DNA of 36,394 bases from a virus (Duplodnaviria; Caudoviricetes), in IMG/VR virus record IMGVR_UViG_3300020045_005093, positions 1-36,394 of that record. The stretch is one strand, 5' to 3'. Position 1 is the first letter of the stretch; every line of letters begins with the position of its first letter. The position numbers and the translations under genes are program-made. The notes below the pieces were generated by a model. That model was not told where the DNA came from, searched no databases, and saw only the letters and a program-made list of their open reading frames with translations. Of this stretch, positions 24,163-34,115 are shown piece by piece.

Positions 24163-25402
24163 AGTGTCCCGTAGCTAGTGCGTTAGTAGCCCAAGAAATA
24201 TCTGTCCCATAACTAGTTCCCTGGCTATTAATTGCATAAGCCCGATAATGATAAGTTGTACTTACTAACAAATTAGTTATTAAAGCTGTGTATGCTCCTG
24301 TTGTTCCGCTTACTACTATTTTATTGTTTGAAGTTGTGGGGTTTATAGTAGTCGCCCAAACTATTCCTCTTTCAGTTATGGTTGCACCTCCATCGCTAGT
24401 TACATTCCCATTGGCTACCACATAAGTATTTTGCCCATCTGTTTGAGTATTTGAAACGACAGTAGGAGGAGAGGAAGCACCTGCAGAGGAATCAAATTCT
24501 TCATTTGAACCGTAAACTGAACCAATAGCATTGAATCCAAAAGCTCTTGTGTAATAATGTGTACTAGGGCTGAGTCCTGTAATACTTGACTGAAAGAAAC
24601 CTGTTGTTCCTGGAGTGTTTGCAAAACTGTTAGCTGTTGTTGGGTTAGTGGACGTATGCCAAGCGACACCTCTTTGAAGTATTGGCGAACCGCCATCAGT
24701 AGATATATTGCCCCCGCCAATCGCTGTGGTAGATGATATATTGCTAACTACTGAAGTTGTTACAGTAGGTGTAGTGGCAGGAATTAACGCTATTGTGGCT
24801 GTTACATAATTACTCGAAGCCCAAGTCGTCCACGCCGTAGGAGTTATCGTTCCTGCTGTTGCTATTACGGAAGCTGCCCCTGCGGCTGAGAAGTCGTCTG
24901 TATCATTAGACCCTCCTCCTATGTTGGCTGAAAAATTTGTAACCGTCCCAGGAGAACCATCATTTACATCATTACCACCTACTGCTAGAATTATGTCTCC
25001 GTTATTAACCGTAATGATTGAAGGAGACTGAGGAACACCAGTAGCGACGGTAGAAAGGACTGCTGTACTAAGAATACTAGTAAGATTCGTAATACCTCTT
25101 AAAACATAAACTCCATACGCATTCGGGTCAGCGGCATCACCTGAACCTGCAAGCAGGACAGACGGGTCTGGGCTTGCACCCATTCTTTTCCATTCAACCT
25201 TGAAGTCATTATTAGCATCATCCCTAGAAAAGATACTCGTATAACCAGAAGGGGAAATAACCCCAGGCGCAGTCGCTGTTCCTCCTGCAAAACCACCCCA
25301 AGCTACTACAATGTCATTCGCCGCCGCACCATCAATCGGAAGCGTAACATTCGCCCCACTAGCAGCCGAAGTAAAAACTGAAGCTACGATAGTTATAGCC
25401 AT
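24146..25402 (-). CDS. virion accessory protein with two Fn3-like domains
   Basis: Two repeats PTV..GN..DGG..I..RG..W.T..NPT...Y..RA...N..G..YG. Confidence 0.75.
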   Translation of the reverse strand: MAITIVASVFTSAASGANVTLPIDGAAANDIVVAWGGFAGGTATAPGVISPSGYTSIFSRDDANNDFKVEWKRMGASPDPSVLLAGSGDAADPNAYGVYVLRGITNLTSILSTAVLSTVATGVPQSPSIITVNNGDIILAVGGNDVNDGSPGTVTNFSANIGGGSNDTDDFSAAGAASVIATAGTITPTAWTTWASSNYVTATIALIPATTPTVTTSVVSNISSTTAIGGGNISTDGGSPILQRGVAWHTSTNPTTANSFANTPGTTGFFQSSITGLSPSTHYYTRAFGFNAIGSVYGSNEEFDSSAGASSPPTVVSNTQTDGQNTYVVANGNVTSDGGATITERGIVWATTINPTTSNNKIVVSGTTGAYTALITNLLVSTTYHYRAYAINSQGTSYGTDISWATNALATGHFVPAN

Positions 25403-25403
25403 A

Positions 25404-27218
25404 TCACGGGGCTTTAAATCCTTTTACTGTTGCATAAAGAACCGAAGTAGATGTCGTGGCTTGAAAGTCAAAAGTTTCATTCGCTAACGTTCTTAAAGGA
25501 GTTTGAAAACCAATCATATTAGAACCTCCACCCGTGGGTGCTATTCCATACCCAAGAACTGAAGTTCCGCCACCTGACCTAAATGTTACAAGAGTTGTTG
25601 TCGCACCCGTGTTAGCTAAAATAATGTCTGTAATATAATTTCTTATCCCTGCTCCAGCCGCTGCCACTAAAGTAGTTACGGAAGTAGAAACTACTGAATG
25701 ATATCCCTCAATCCTTGATTCTTCAGCAGCAAAAGGTTTTATTAAATTTCTACCTGCTGAGTCTACTCCGATAGGAGCATAATCAAGGTTAGCTGAAACA
25801 AACGAAGCGGTGTTATCGTTTCTTACCCCCCAAGTAGGGAAACCATAATCTCCTGTGGTATGGGCAGAATCTTCTGCGAATGGCCCAGTAACTGGGACTG
25901 TACCTTGTATGGAAGCGTTAAACGTCCCACCAGTAGTTGCAACTGAACCCTGAACAATAACTATTGTAGAACCTACAGGGACTGAGAGAATAGAGGAGCT
26001 TTTTTCTACTGTAATTATTGAACCGGTAGAAACAGTAATTGTAGAACCAACTGGAACTGCGAGAATGGAGGAGTTAGAAAAAGTCGTTATCCAAGGGTTT
26101 GTTCCTTGTAAAGTAGCCACTGAACCTAATACCGCTGTTCCTGCAGGTAGTTGTCCGAATATTGAAGCACCCACTATTACGCTTGAAGGGACAGTTGAAA
26201 CCAAAGACGTAGTCCTCGTGCCTACTTGAGTAATAATTGACGAGTTTTGGAAATTAACAACCCAAGGGGAAGTCCCTTGAAATGCAACTACTGAGCCAGC
26301 TGTATTTACTGGCACTGTTCCTGATATAAAAGCTACAACCGACCCAGATACATTTTGGTTTGTTGGAAAGTTGCCTACTGCTACTGAACCAGATATCGGG
26401 AAAATTCCCCCTGTGAGAGAACTTTTTACTGTCCATTCTGGCGTTCCTTGTAATGCGGTAACAGAACCTATTACATTAGCACTGTTTAAAAGCATTACTG
26501 AAGAATTTGTTGTTGCAGTAGCAATAGAACCGCCGATAACAACAACAGCAACAGACCCTTGGACATCTGTCTGCACAGTACCGCTAACACTTTGGTTAGC
26601 CGCTGGAGTAACCGAAACTGCCACAGAACCTTGAATCAAAGTAATGACACTCCGATTGTTTGTGTCTACTGCCCAAGGGCTAGTGCCTTGAAAGGCAACG
26701 ACACTCCCTGCGGTATTAACAGGGACAGTACCATTTATAAACGCAACAACCGACCCAGAGACGTTCTGATTGGTTGGGAAATTTCCCACTTGCACAGTAC
26801 CGCTTATACTTGGGTTACCAGAAACTTGAACTGTTCCCGAAACGCTTTGATTAGCAGGCGGAGTAAATGTTGCCGCTATTGAACCGCCTATAATAACTGT
26901 ATTCACAGAACCAATAATTCTAACATCACCAGATATGCTAGGAGTCCCAACTATCCCTACAGAACCTGACACAGACTGATTTGCTACTGGAGAGCCGACA
27001 GTAATTACAGAAGCGTTTGAACTATTAAGCCACGCTGCTACCGAACCATTATTAACTAAAACTGTTCCACTAACAGATTGGTTTCCAGTAGGAAAAGCAA
27101 CCACAGACCCTGATTGAGTACCAATATTAACAGTACCAGATACTGAAGAATGGGTTAAAAGTTTTGTTGGGTCGCTTTGGAAAGCAACTACACTATTTGT
27201 TTCTGGTATGTATGCCAT
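25404..27218 (-). CDS. repetitive Ser/Val/Gly/Thr-rich fibre protein
   Basis: NQSVSG and GSVVAF repeats, 39-aa internal duplication, globular C-terminus. Confidence 0.7.
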   Translation of the reverse strand: MAYIPETNSVVAFQSDPTKLLTHSSVSGTVNIGTQSGSVVAFPTGNQSVSGTVLVNNGSVAAWLNSSNASVITVGSPVANQSVSGSVGIVGTPSISGDVRIIGSVNTVIIGGSIAATFTPPANQSVSGTVQVSGNPSISGTVQVGNFPTNQNVSGSVVAFINGTVPVNTAGSVVAFQGTSPWAVDTNNRSVITLIQGSVAVSVTPAANQSVSGTVQTDVQGSVAVVVIGGSIATATTNSSVMLLNSANVIGSVTALQGTPEWTVKSSLTGGIFPISGSVAVGNFPTNQNVSGSVVAFISGTVPVNTAGSVVAFQGTSPWVVNFQNSSIITQVGTRTTSLVSTVPSSVIVGASIFGQLPAGTAVLGSVATLQGTNPWITTFSNSSILAVPVGSTITVSTGSIITVEKSSSILSVPVGSTIVIVQGSVATTGGTFNASIQGTVPVTGPFAEDSAHTTGDYGFPTWGVRNDNTASFVSANLDYAPIGVDSAGRNLIKPFAAEESRIEGYHSVVSTSVTTLVAAAGAGIRNYITDIILANTGATTTLVTFRSGGGTSVLGYGIAPTGGGSNMIGFQTPLRTLANETFDFQATTSTSVLYATVKGFKAP

Positions 27219-27219
27219 A

Positions 27220-28254
27220 TTAGGTTATGTTCCAATTAGAATTATCACTGACTATATCTACTGAAGTAAATTGTATAGGCATAATTATTGTGGATTGAGT
27301 ATCTATTGTTTGAGCTGAAACTGTATTAATCAAAACAGAAGAACTGCCTACATTTTTAATCGTATAAAGGTTAGTATCCGAAACCGCAGTCGGAAGAGTT
27401 ATCTGTAATCCTCCATTGACTAAGTAAACTTGGTCTGTACCTGTTAAAGTTCCTATTTGAGAACTAACGGTAAGAGTTTGAATTTGCCTAACTGTTCCAC
27501 CTACACTCCCCCCACCCCCACTTGAAGCAATCGTAATATCTGTGTATTTGGTAGTGTTGTTGTTAGTATAAGTTATCGTTACATTAGAACCTGCTTTTAA
27601 ATTTATATCTGTATACCTGGACAAAACCGAAGTATTGCCGCCAATAGCAATATTGCGATTCATGCTACCGCCTCTTCCTACTTGTTGGAAAAGCGACTTA
27701 ACTTCTTTAATTTTCTTTTCAACTTCTACAAACTGAGTTTGAACTACTTCTTTCTCTTTCTCGTCTTGAAGGGTATCTAAAATTTTTGCTGTATCTATGA
27801 CACTTAATAATTTAGTTTCAGTATCTTTAATCTGTTTACCAAAGTCAGGGATTTCTACTTTGCGAGCCGAGAGAACCGAAACCTCATTTAGCAAGGTATC
27901 AATTTCCGCCTTTAAACTTTGGTCGCTTTGGTTAGCTTGTTCATTGCTTTGTTTAATAACCTCACCTAATTGGACAAGTTTCTCATCTAGTGCAGATAAA
28001 AGCTGGCTATTTTTATCTGTAATATTTGTTTTTAGTTCATCAAAAGCAGTTAAGACAGGTTCAAAGTTTATCCGTCTGCTGAATTTAGTTAATTGAATAT
28101 TTACGTCTTCTAAAGTTTTAACAGTAATTTTTTCTTTTAAAGATTCTTTAAGTTTGTTTATTTCATTATCAAAAGACGAGAAATCTACTTTAGTTTCATC
28201 TGGTGTTAAACTTTTAAGAATCTTTTGAAGTTTCGTCTTGTTCATCTTCTTCAC
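27220..28254 (-). CDS. coiled-coil protein with C-terminal fibre-like beta domain
   Basis: Long charged helical N-terminus, GRGG linker, ITLPTAV...YTIKN C-terminal domain. Confidence 0.65.
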   Translation of the reverse strand: MKKMNKTKLQKILKSLTPDETKVDFSSFDNEINKLKESLKEKITVKTLEDVNIQLTKFSRRINFEPVLTAFDELKTNITDKNSQLLSALDEKLVQLGEVIKQSNEQANQSDQSLKAEIDTLLNEVSVLSARKVEIPDFGKQIKDTETKLLSVIDTAKILDTLQDEKEKEVVQTQFVEVEKKIKEVKSLFQQVGRGGSMNRNIAIGGNTSVLSRYTDINLKAGSNVTITYTNNNTTKYTDITIASSGGGGSVGGTVRQIQTLTVSSQIGTLTGTDQVYLVNGGLQITLPTAVSDTNLYTIKNVGSSSVLINTVSAQTIDTQSTIIMPIQFTSVDIVSDNSNWNIT

Positions 28255-28564
28255 TTAATGCTTCTTGAATAGTTGCTTTTAATTCGTCAATTTCTCTTTG
28301 ATTGTCTTCCTTTAACTCTTTTCGTATCTCGTCTAGTTTGGTGGTAAACATAAGTTCCATGTCTTTCATGGGGTCTTTTTCTTCTGTGGGTTGTTTCTCC
28401 TCTTCTGGGTTTTCCGCCTCTTGTGGGGCAGTTTCTTGCGTTTGGGTGGCTTCCTGGGGGGCTTGGGGTAGATGTTGTTCCATAGCTCTAGTACTAAAAG
28501 CTAAATTCTCTGATATATTATCAGGGGTTAGTTGACTTTCTTGTGGATTTATGGTATTGTCCAT
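28214..28564 (-). CDS. acidic hypothetical protein
   Basis: ORF track; E/Q/D-rich. Confidence 0.7.
   Translation of the reverse strand: MDNTINPQESQLTPDNISENLAFSTRAMEQHLPQAPQEATQTQETAPQEAENPEEEKQPTEEKDPMKDMELMFTTKLDEIRKELKEDNQREIDELKATIQEALSEEDEQDETSKDS
28532..28560 (+). promoter_or_regulatory. antisense sigma70 promoter TTGACT-17-TATTGT with extended -10 TG
   Basis: -35 at 28532-28537, -10 at 28555-28560, 6 nt to ATG at 28567. Confidence 0.55.
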
Positions 28565-28566
28565 AT

Positions 28567-28641
28567 ATGGGTATTATTCTTACAATTTTATTAGTCGTGT
28601 TCGGATTTGCATTTATAATGCATTTCTTTGATTCTATTTAG
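28567..28641 (+). CDS. antisense 24-aa single-helix membrane peptide
   Basis: MGIILTILLVVFGFAFIMHFFDSI; fills the intergenic gap exactly and has its own promoter. Confidence 0.55.
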   Translation: MGIILTILLVVFGFAFIMHFFDSI

Positions 28642-30202
28642 TTAAGTCCGCTAATGTTTTATCAATATTTTTAACTGCTGGGGAGTTTTCACTCAATCCT
28701 TGTTCCAGCAGTTTTTTTCTTTGTAATTTTAACCGTTGAAAAGTTTCAGCTATTTGAGTTGATTTCCCCACATCTTTAATTGAAAGACCTACGGGAGGAT
28801 TTTTTATATATTCTGAAGCAGAAGATTTAAAGGATTGTTCTGCTTTTAAAACTGCCGCTGGAGTTATGTCAGCTCCTATAATATCTTGTACTTTTTTAGC
28901 ACCAGATTTCCCTATAAACTCTAAACCTTCGCCTGTTTTATATAAAATATTACCAGAAACTGTTGCAACTGGAGTAACCGCTTTATCCATTAAGAAATGC
29001 CAAACATTACTGGATATGCCTTTTTTAGCGGGGTCGCTAACCGATTTAATCCCAGCTTTCATTATACTTTTTAAATTTCCATAATCTATATAAGCTTGTT
29101 GAATTCCTTCACCACCATTTTTATAAATAATTCCCCTAGCTTTTTCAGCAGCTAAATCTTTAACAGCTTTTAAAGAAGAAGCTATTGGCTTTCCTTTATA
29201 AGTAGCTTCTGGTACAAATTCAGCCCAGCCTTCTTTATAGGCTTGTAATTTAGGTAAATTAATATTGCCTACTTTTTTGTAAGATTCTTTTAAAGCACTT
29301 AACCCTTCAAGTAAATCAGCTCTTCTTGCTAAATCTGCTGTCTTTCTAATATCTCTTTCTAATTCAGTAAAAAAAGATTTCATGTTAACTTTAGCCTTTG
29401 AAGATTCTAAGGCAGGTTTGATAGTTTTGTCCCACAACTCCCCTGCTACTTGTTTAGCTTGAACACCCAATTTCCATTCTGTCCCCATAAGCCCTTTTCT
29501 TGCTGCAGTGTTAGCTTCAGTAATAGGTGCGCCTTGGTTATCTCCCTTGATAAGATTTTTTACTCGGTTAAATAAAGACCCTTGGCTAGCCTGATAAGAC
29601 TGCATTAAACCTCTGGTACTTTCTTCAGGAATTACAGTAGTCCCATAAGAAGATTCCCCTGCACTTTTTAAAACACGCCCGGTAGCATTTGCAACAGGTT
29701 TCACAGCTTGAAGAGTTTTATCCACTCCTGTCTGTAGCGTTTTAGCCCCACCACCGACAGCTAGAATATCGCCTGCTATACCTCCTAAATTAGCCACAGT
29801 CCCTAGTTTATCTTCTATCTTGGCATAAGGGTCAGGATAATTCGGTGTGCCTATATTAGGGTCTTTAAATAGCGAAGTGTCTGCTAATTTACCCCCAACC
29901 CAATTCATTCCCTTACTTATTCCTTCGCCAGTCTTATCTAAAACATTTTCTGCTCCTTGAGGCAAAAGGTCTTTAGCTGTACCTAAAATAGTTGAAAATC
30001 CAGCTCCTACCATTCCAGTAGCTTTTCTGGCAATAGATTGGTCTGCATACTCTCCTTGTCCTGCGTATATGTCAGAAATTTTAGAACCTGCTTCTGATAC
30101 TCTTGACCTAACTTCATCAAAAGTACCTTGTTTTGGTTCTTCACCAATAGGTTTAATAAGGTATGTTTCTCTGTATTTAGCTATTTGTTCAGGAGTAAGC
30201 AT
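28634..30202 (-). CDS. probable internal virion (DNA ejection) protein
   Basis: Large Gly/Ala/Lys-rich helical protein after tail genes, as in podovirus gene order. Confidence 0.5.
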   Translation of the reverse strand: MLTPEQIAKYRETYLIKPIGEEPKQGTFDEVRSRVSEAGSKISDIYAGQGEYADQSIARKATGMVGAGFSTILGTAKDLLPQGAENVLDKTGEGISKGMNWVGGKLADTSLFKDPNIGTPNYPDPYAKIEDKLGTVANLGGIAGDILAVGGGAKTLQTGVDKTLQAVKPVANATGRVLKSAGESSYGTTVIPEESTRGLMQSYQASQGSLFNRVKNLIKGDNQGAPITEANTAARKGLMGTEWKLGVQAKQVAGELWDKTIKPALESSKAKVNMKSFFTELERDIRKTADLARRADLLEGLSALKESYKKVGNINLPKLQAYKEGWAEFVPEATYKGKPIASSLKAVKDLAAEKARGIIYKNGGEGIQQAYIDYGNLKSIMKAGIKSVSDPAKKGISSNVWHFLMDKAVTPVATVSGNILYKTGEGLEFIGKSGAKKVQDIIGADITPAAVLKAEQSFKSSASEYIKNPPVGLSIKDVGKSTQIAETFQRLKLQRKKLLEQGLSENSPAVKNIDKTLADLTK

Positions 30203-32256
30203 TATTGTGCAATTATTTGAATGATATCGTCATAAGTTAATTCGGGATTATCTTGAAGCATCTTGGAAATATTAGGGTTTAGAATAGATTTCTGTTCTAT
30301 ATAGGTTCTATTTAAATCACCTATTCCACTTACACTTTGGGAAGAATATCCTCCATATTGAGAAGCTAATGTTTTGTATCTGTCATCAATAGTAGTTTCA
30401 ATCATCTTTTTCATATTTTTAATTCCAGCCTCTGTCCCTTTAGAAGGATTGTAAATTCCAAAAGATAGCCCTTGCAAAGTGGCACTGGTGTTAGTAGGGT
30501 CAGGGAGTACGCCTCTTAAAATTTTCTCATCTGGGCCATTTAAAACTCCTAAATTAAAAAACTCTTTTAAATTAAGTATGGCGGTATTATATTTAGCTTT
30601 TAAGTCTGCATTTTGGCGTGGGCTAAACACAGCAGAAGTAGAACCTGTCTTTTTAAACGTTTCTTCAAATCCTTTTAAGAATTGCAAAGAGTCTTTAGCT
30701 TTAGTAAGTGCTTTATAAGCATCACTAGAATACATTTCCTTATTAATTTTCATTGCATCAACTGGTTTAGGCACTACCTTACCTGCTTGGTCTACTTGTA
30801 CAATATTAGCAATGTCTCTATTTTTTATTTCATTATAAATATTAGCTGTTTGTGCTTTAACTTGATTTATTTGTGCTTTTTTGTACTCATTCTCTAATGG
30901 CATTTGCGCAATTTCTGCCTCTGTTTTTCTTAATTGGGTACTTTTAAGCAACATTTCTAATTCAGCAACTTTTTGTTGCCTTTGAATCTCACCTTGCTGT
31001 TGATAAGCTAAAGAAGTTACAGTCCCGGGAGCAAAACCCATTATTTGGTCAGCGTAAGCAGCTTGTCTAGGGTCATTCATATAAGCCGCCAAACCCCCAG
31101 GTGTATTCATCAAAGTTTTAACAGAATCTCTTGCCGCATTTTGTATGTCTCTTTGATTTTGTTGCACTAATTGATAAATCTGAGAGCGTTGATTAAATTG
31201 TTGGGCAGCCATTTGCTTCTCTTCTTGAAGCAAACTAACTTCATTATTTATTAAATTTTGTTGCGTATTTATTTTTTGACGTAATAAATTTTGGTCTTTA
31301 ATAAGCGTGTTATTGCGGGCTACTGTAAGTCCCATGATTTGACTTTCAGTTGCAAACCCTCCTGTTTTTGTTATTTCAGACCGAATATCATCTGCTGTAC
31401 CAGATTTTATTCTTTCAATATTCATATCTTGCAAATTCAAACCAGCTAAAACATCTTTATCAGCTTTAATTTTAGCAGCTTCTTCAGCAAACCTTTTTGT
31501 TTGTTCAGGTGGACTTAAAAAGTCCATCAATTCTTGTGTTTGTTGTTGTAGAGTTTGATTTGTCGCAAAGAAATTATCAACATTAGGGGTAGTTGGTGGG
31601 GGCGGGGTTATTGAAGGAGTAGCCCCGTCTATGGCTGTTTGAACTTGTCCACTAGCTTCGCTTGAAGTTTGGGGGGCAGTTTTTCCACTTGCTTGGGTGG
31701 CATTAAAAGCCGCTTCTTGGGGCGAGACTTGCTTTCCGCTTATAGGGTCAAATACTGAACCTGCGGCTATGCCAGAAGGCATTTGTAAACCGCCAGGGGC
31801 TTGTCCGTTAGCCAACACAGCTCCTACTTGAGAAGTGCCAGGAGCGGCGTTAGATACAGTTCCCATAGGGGCAGTAGCGTTATTCAGTCCTGCGGTAGTC
31901 ATTGCCGCTGAAGAGTTGGGATTGTCAGCATTGGCAGTAGCAAAAGCCTTTTGTTGATTAACAAGTTGAGAATTGGCATAATTCCCTTCTAAAGTAGGGA
32001 ATAATTTACTCCAATCAAAGTCCATTTCAGTCTGCGAAGCACCGGAAACCTGTCCTGCTGTTTGGCTGGGGTCTAACTCCCTAGCCGTAATACCTGAGAA
32101 TTGGCTTAAATCGCTAATAGCATATTGTTTTGCCCTCCCACCCGAATACTGTCCTGTATCTGTAAGGTAATAAGACCCAGTTGGTTGGGCATTGGTTGCT
32201 GCGGTTTGGTGGACTAAAGAAAGTCCATATTTATCTAAGTCTGCTTGTGTTGGCAT
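30202..32256 (-). CDS. probable internal virion (DNA ejection) protein
   Basis: Gln/Ala-rich, disordered N-terminus, coiled coils, LGVLNGPD motif; position. Confidence 0.5.
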   Translation of the reverse strand: MPTQADLDKYGLSLVHQTAATNAQPTGSYYLTDTGQYSGGRAKQYAISDLSQFSGITARELDPSQTAGQVSGASQTEMDFDWSKLFPTLEGNYANSQLVNQQKAFATANADNPNSSAAMTTAGLNNATAPMGTVSNAAPGTSQVGAVLANGQAPGGLQMPSGIAAGSVFDPISGKQVSPQEAAFNATQASGKTAPQTSSEASGQVQTAIDGATPSITPPPPTTPNVDNFFATNQTLQQQTQELMDFLSPPEQTKRFAEEAAKIKADKDVLAGLNLQDMNIERIKSGTADDIRSEITKTGGFATESQIMGLTVARNNTLIKDQNLLRQKINTQQNLINNEVSLLQEEKQMAAQQFNQRSQIYQLVQQNQRDIQNAARDSVKTLMNTPGGLAAYMNDPRQAAYADQIMGFAPGTVTSLAYQQQGEIQRQQKVAELEMLLKSTQLRKTEAEIAQMPLENEYKKAQINQVKAQTANIYNEIKNRDIANIVQVDQAGKVVPKPVDAMKINKEMYSSDAYKALTKAKDSLQFLKGFEETFKKTGSTSAVFSPRQNADLKAKYNTAILNLKEFFNLGVLNGPDEKILRGVLPDPTNTSATLQGLSFGIYNPSKGTEAGIKNMKKMIETTIDDRYKTLASQYGGYSSQSVSGIGDLNRTYIEQKSILNPNISKMLQDNPELTYDDIIQIIAQ

Positions 32257-32257
32257 A

Positions 32258-32551
32258 TTATCCTACTACTGAGCCTGTGGGGGAAACCCAGGCGTTATTA
32301 GTGTTTCTAAAAATTGGATAACCTAAATCTGTTGCGAAATATTGTTGTCCTATAACCGAGTTCTGGGGTCTTCCTGATACTGAACCGTACATATTCACAT
32401 ACTTACGGGGGACTACTTGTAAATTATCTGTCGGAGTGTCGGTTATCTTTCTGTCTATAAAAGCGTGGGAAGACAAGTAAATCGGTAAAACCTTACTAAC
32501 AATTTCTTTGACTTTATCTTCTAATTTATTTTCCTCCGTCGTCATAGTCAA
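32258..32551 (-). CDS. small virion-associated protein
   Basis: RPQNSVIGQQYFATDLGYPIF...W...G carbohydrate-binding-like module. Confidence 0.55.
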   Translation of the reverse strand: MTMTTEENKLEDKVKEIVSKVLPIYLSSHAFIDRKITDTPTDNLQVVPRKYVNMYGSVSGRPQNSVIGQQYFATDLGYPIFRNTNNAWVSPTGSVVG

Positions 32552-34115
32552 TCTCCACTTTCATAATTGTATGATTTGCTGAACCTGAATTTGTAATCCT
32601 TAATCCTACAGTATAAGTTGGGACGATTGCCGGGTCATACCAAGCAAAGTCGTCTCCTATTGTTAAGTTTGTTCCAGCAGTAAAAGTCTTGCTTCCATTC
32701 GTTATAGCACTTCCATTAGAACCTATTAAGGCTACTGTAAACTCGTTGTTAGCCACCCAGGGTTCACCATAAATTCTTACTTGCTTTATCTGAACCTTTT
32801 TAGAAAATAATTCGTTTTGTGTTTCGTACACGCCTGAAATTGCTGTTCCTGTTGTAGTAGGTACAGGAAACCATTTATAAAACTTATACTTAGTCGTAGG
32901 AGCTGTGGATGTCTCTAAGGTAGAAAAATAAGCTTTCCCAGTTCCTGCCACTCCGCCCGCGTAACCGTTAGTAACAGACCCTAAAAGGAAATTAGACACT
33001 AAGAGTTGAAAAGGGACTCTTACTACGTCTGTCTCTGTCCCTTGAGCGGATTGAGCAAACTGTCGCCACCAACCTGTTGTAACTTCGTTATCTAAAGACC
33101 CGTATACAAAACTAACCATTCTTGAAAAACCGTTATAAAACTCAGTAGCCGCCCATCCAATTATATTGGCATTAGAACCTAAAGCATTAGGGATAGGGGC
33201 TTGAGACAAAACAGGGGAAAGTATCTTTTGGGTCGGATTAAAGATAGCTGCCCCTGCTAAGTCATAGCCAAAAGTATATTGATTCCCTGTAAACGTAGCG
33301 TTAGCATTTAAAGAAAACGAAGGGAAAGTGTCAAACGACGTGTAGCCGACATCAACACCGTTCCATCTGAAAATAAAAGAAGAAGAATTAGAAATCAGAG
33401 TGGTATCCTGAGTTGTTGCGGTTAAATCAGGAAGAGCTAAATTAGATACAACAATTTCTATATAATTTCCGTCAGTAGACACATCCATATCCCTAACTTG
33501 AGAATTAGTCGGAAAACCAGGAGAAAGCTTGGCGTAAGAAGCTACTGTCGCTGTTGAGTCTATTATGGCTATATTAGAGCCGTTTCCTACTACTAAATTG
33601 CCTAAAAACTGTTTTAAAGGCCTTGGGACTGTTTGTGTCCAACTTCCCGCCACCCCGACAACTGTTTCGTTAGAGCCGTTAAAATCTACTCTGGTTACCC
33701 CTTTGTCGTGTCCAATATAAATTCGTTCAGTAGCACCATAAAAATCAATTGAAGCCCCTCTGGTGAAGGTAGGCGTTCCCGAAGTCAGAGTCGTGAGTAA
33801 AACAGGATTATCATAATTAGGATTATAAGAAGCGGGGTCATTTACTTGAATTTTATAAACTCGTCCTGTATGTCCGATAGCATAAACGTATGAAATACCT
33901 GACTCAACCCTCTCTTTACCATCCATTATTAAATCCGTAATTACTGAATAAGAAGGGTCTATTTGAGTGGCTGTTTCTGCCCAAGTCAAATTACCAGGGT
34001 CTCCAAAAGGTTCAGAACCAAAAGAAGTGGTGTATTTAACTAATCCGCTGTTAATATCCCCGTCATTATACCGGGTAAGTCGTCCGCCAAAGTTGTCAAT
34101 AACAAGAGTCTTCAT
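32526..34115 (-). CDS. probable tail nozzle/stabilisation protein
   Basis: IDNFGG N-terminus, beta-rich 529 aa, position downstream of the adaptor. Confidence 0.55.
   Translation of the reverse strand: MKTLVIDNFGGRLTRYNDGDINSGLVKYTTSFGSEPFGDPGNLTWAETATQIDPSYSVITDLIMDGKERVESGISYVYAIGHTGRVYKIQVNDPASYNPNYDNPVLLTTLTSGTPTFTRGASIDFYGATERIYIGHDKGVTRVDFNGSNETVVGVAGSWTQTVPRPLKQFLGNLVVGNGSNIAIIDSTATVASYAKLSPGFPTNSQVRDMDVSTDGNYIEIVVSNLALPDLTATTQDTTLISNSSSFIFRWNGVDVGYTSFDTFPSFSLNANATFTGNQYTFGYDLAGAAIFNPTQKILSPVLSQAPIPNALGSNANIIGWAATEFYNGFSRMVSFVYGSLDNEVTTGWWRQFAQSAQGTETDVVRVPFQLLVSNFLLGSVTNGYAGGVAGTGKAYFSTLETSTAPTTKYKFYKWFPVPTTTGTAISGVYETQNELFSKKVQIKQVRIYGEPWVANNEFTVALIGSNGSAITNGSKTFTAGTNLTIGDDFAWYDPAIVPTYTVGLRITNSGSANHTIMKVEIDYDDGGK

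Noticed and set aside
26262-26789. Diversity-generating retroelement template/variable pair
   Set aside because: Differences are synonymous and not adenine-specific, and no reverse transcriptase is present
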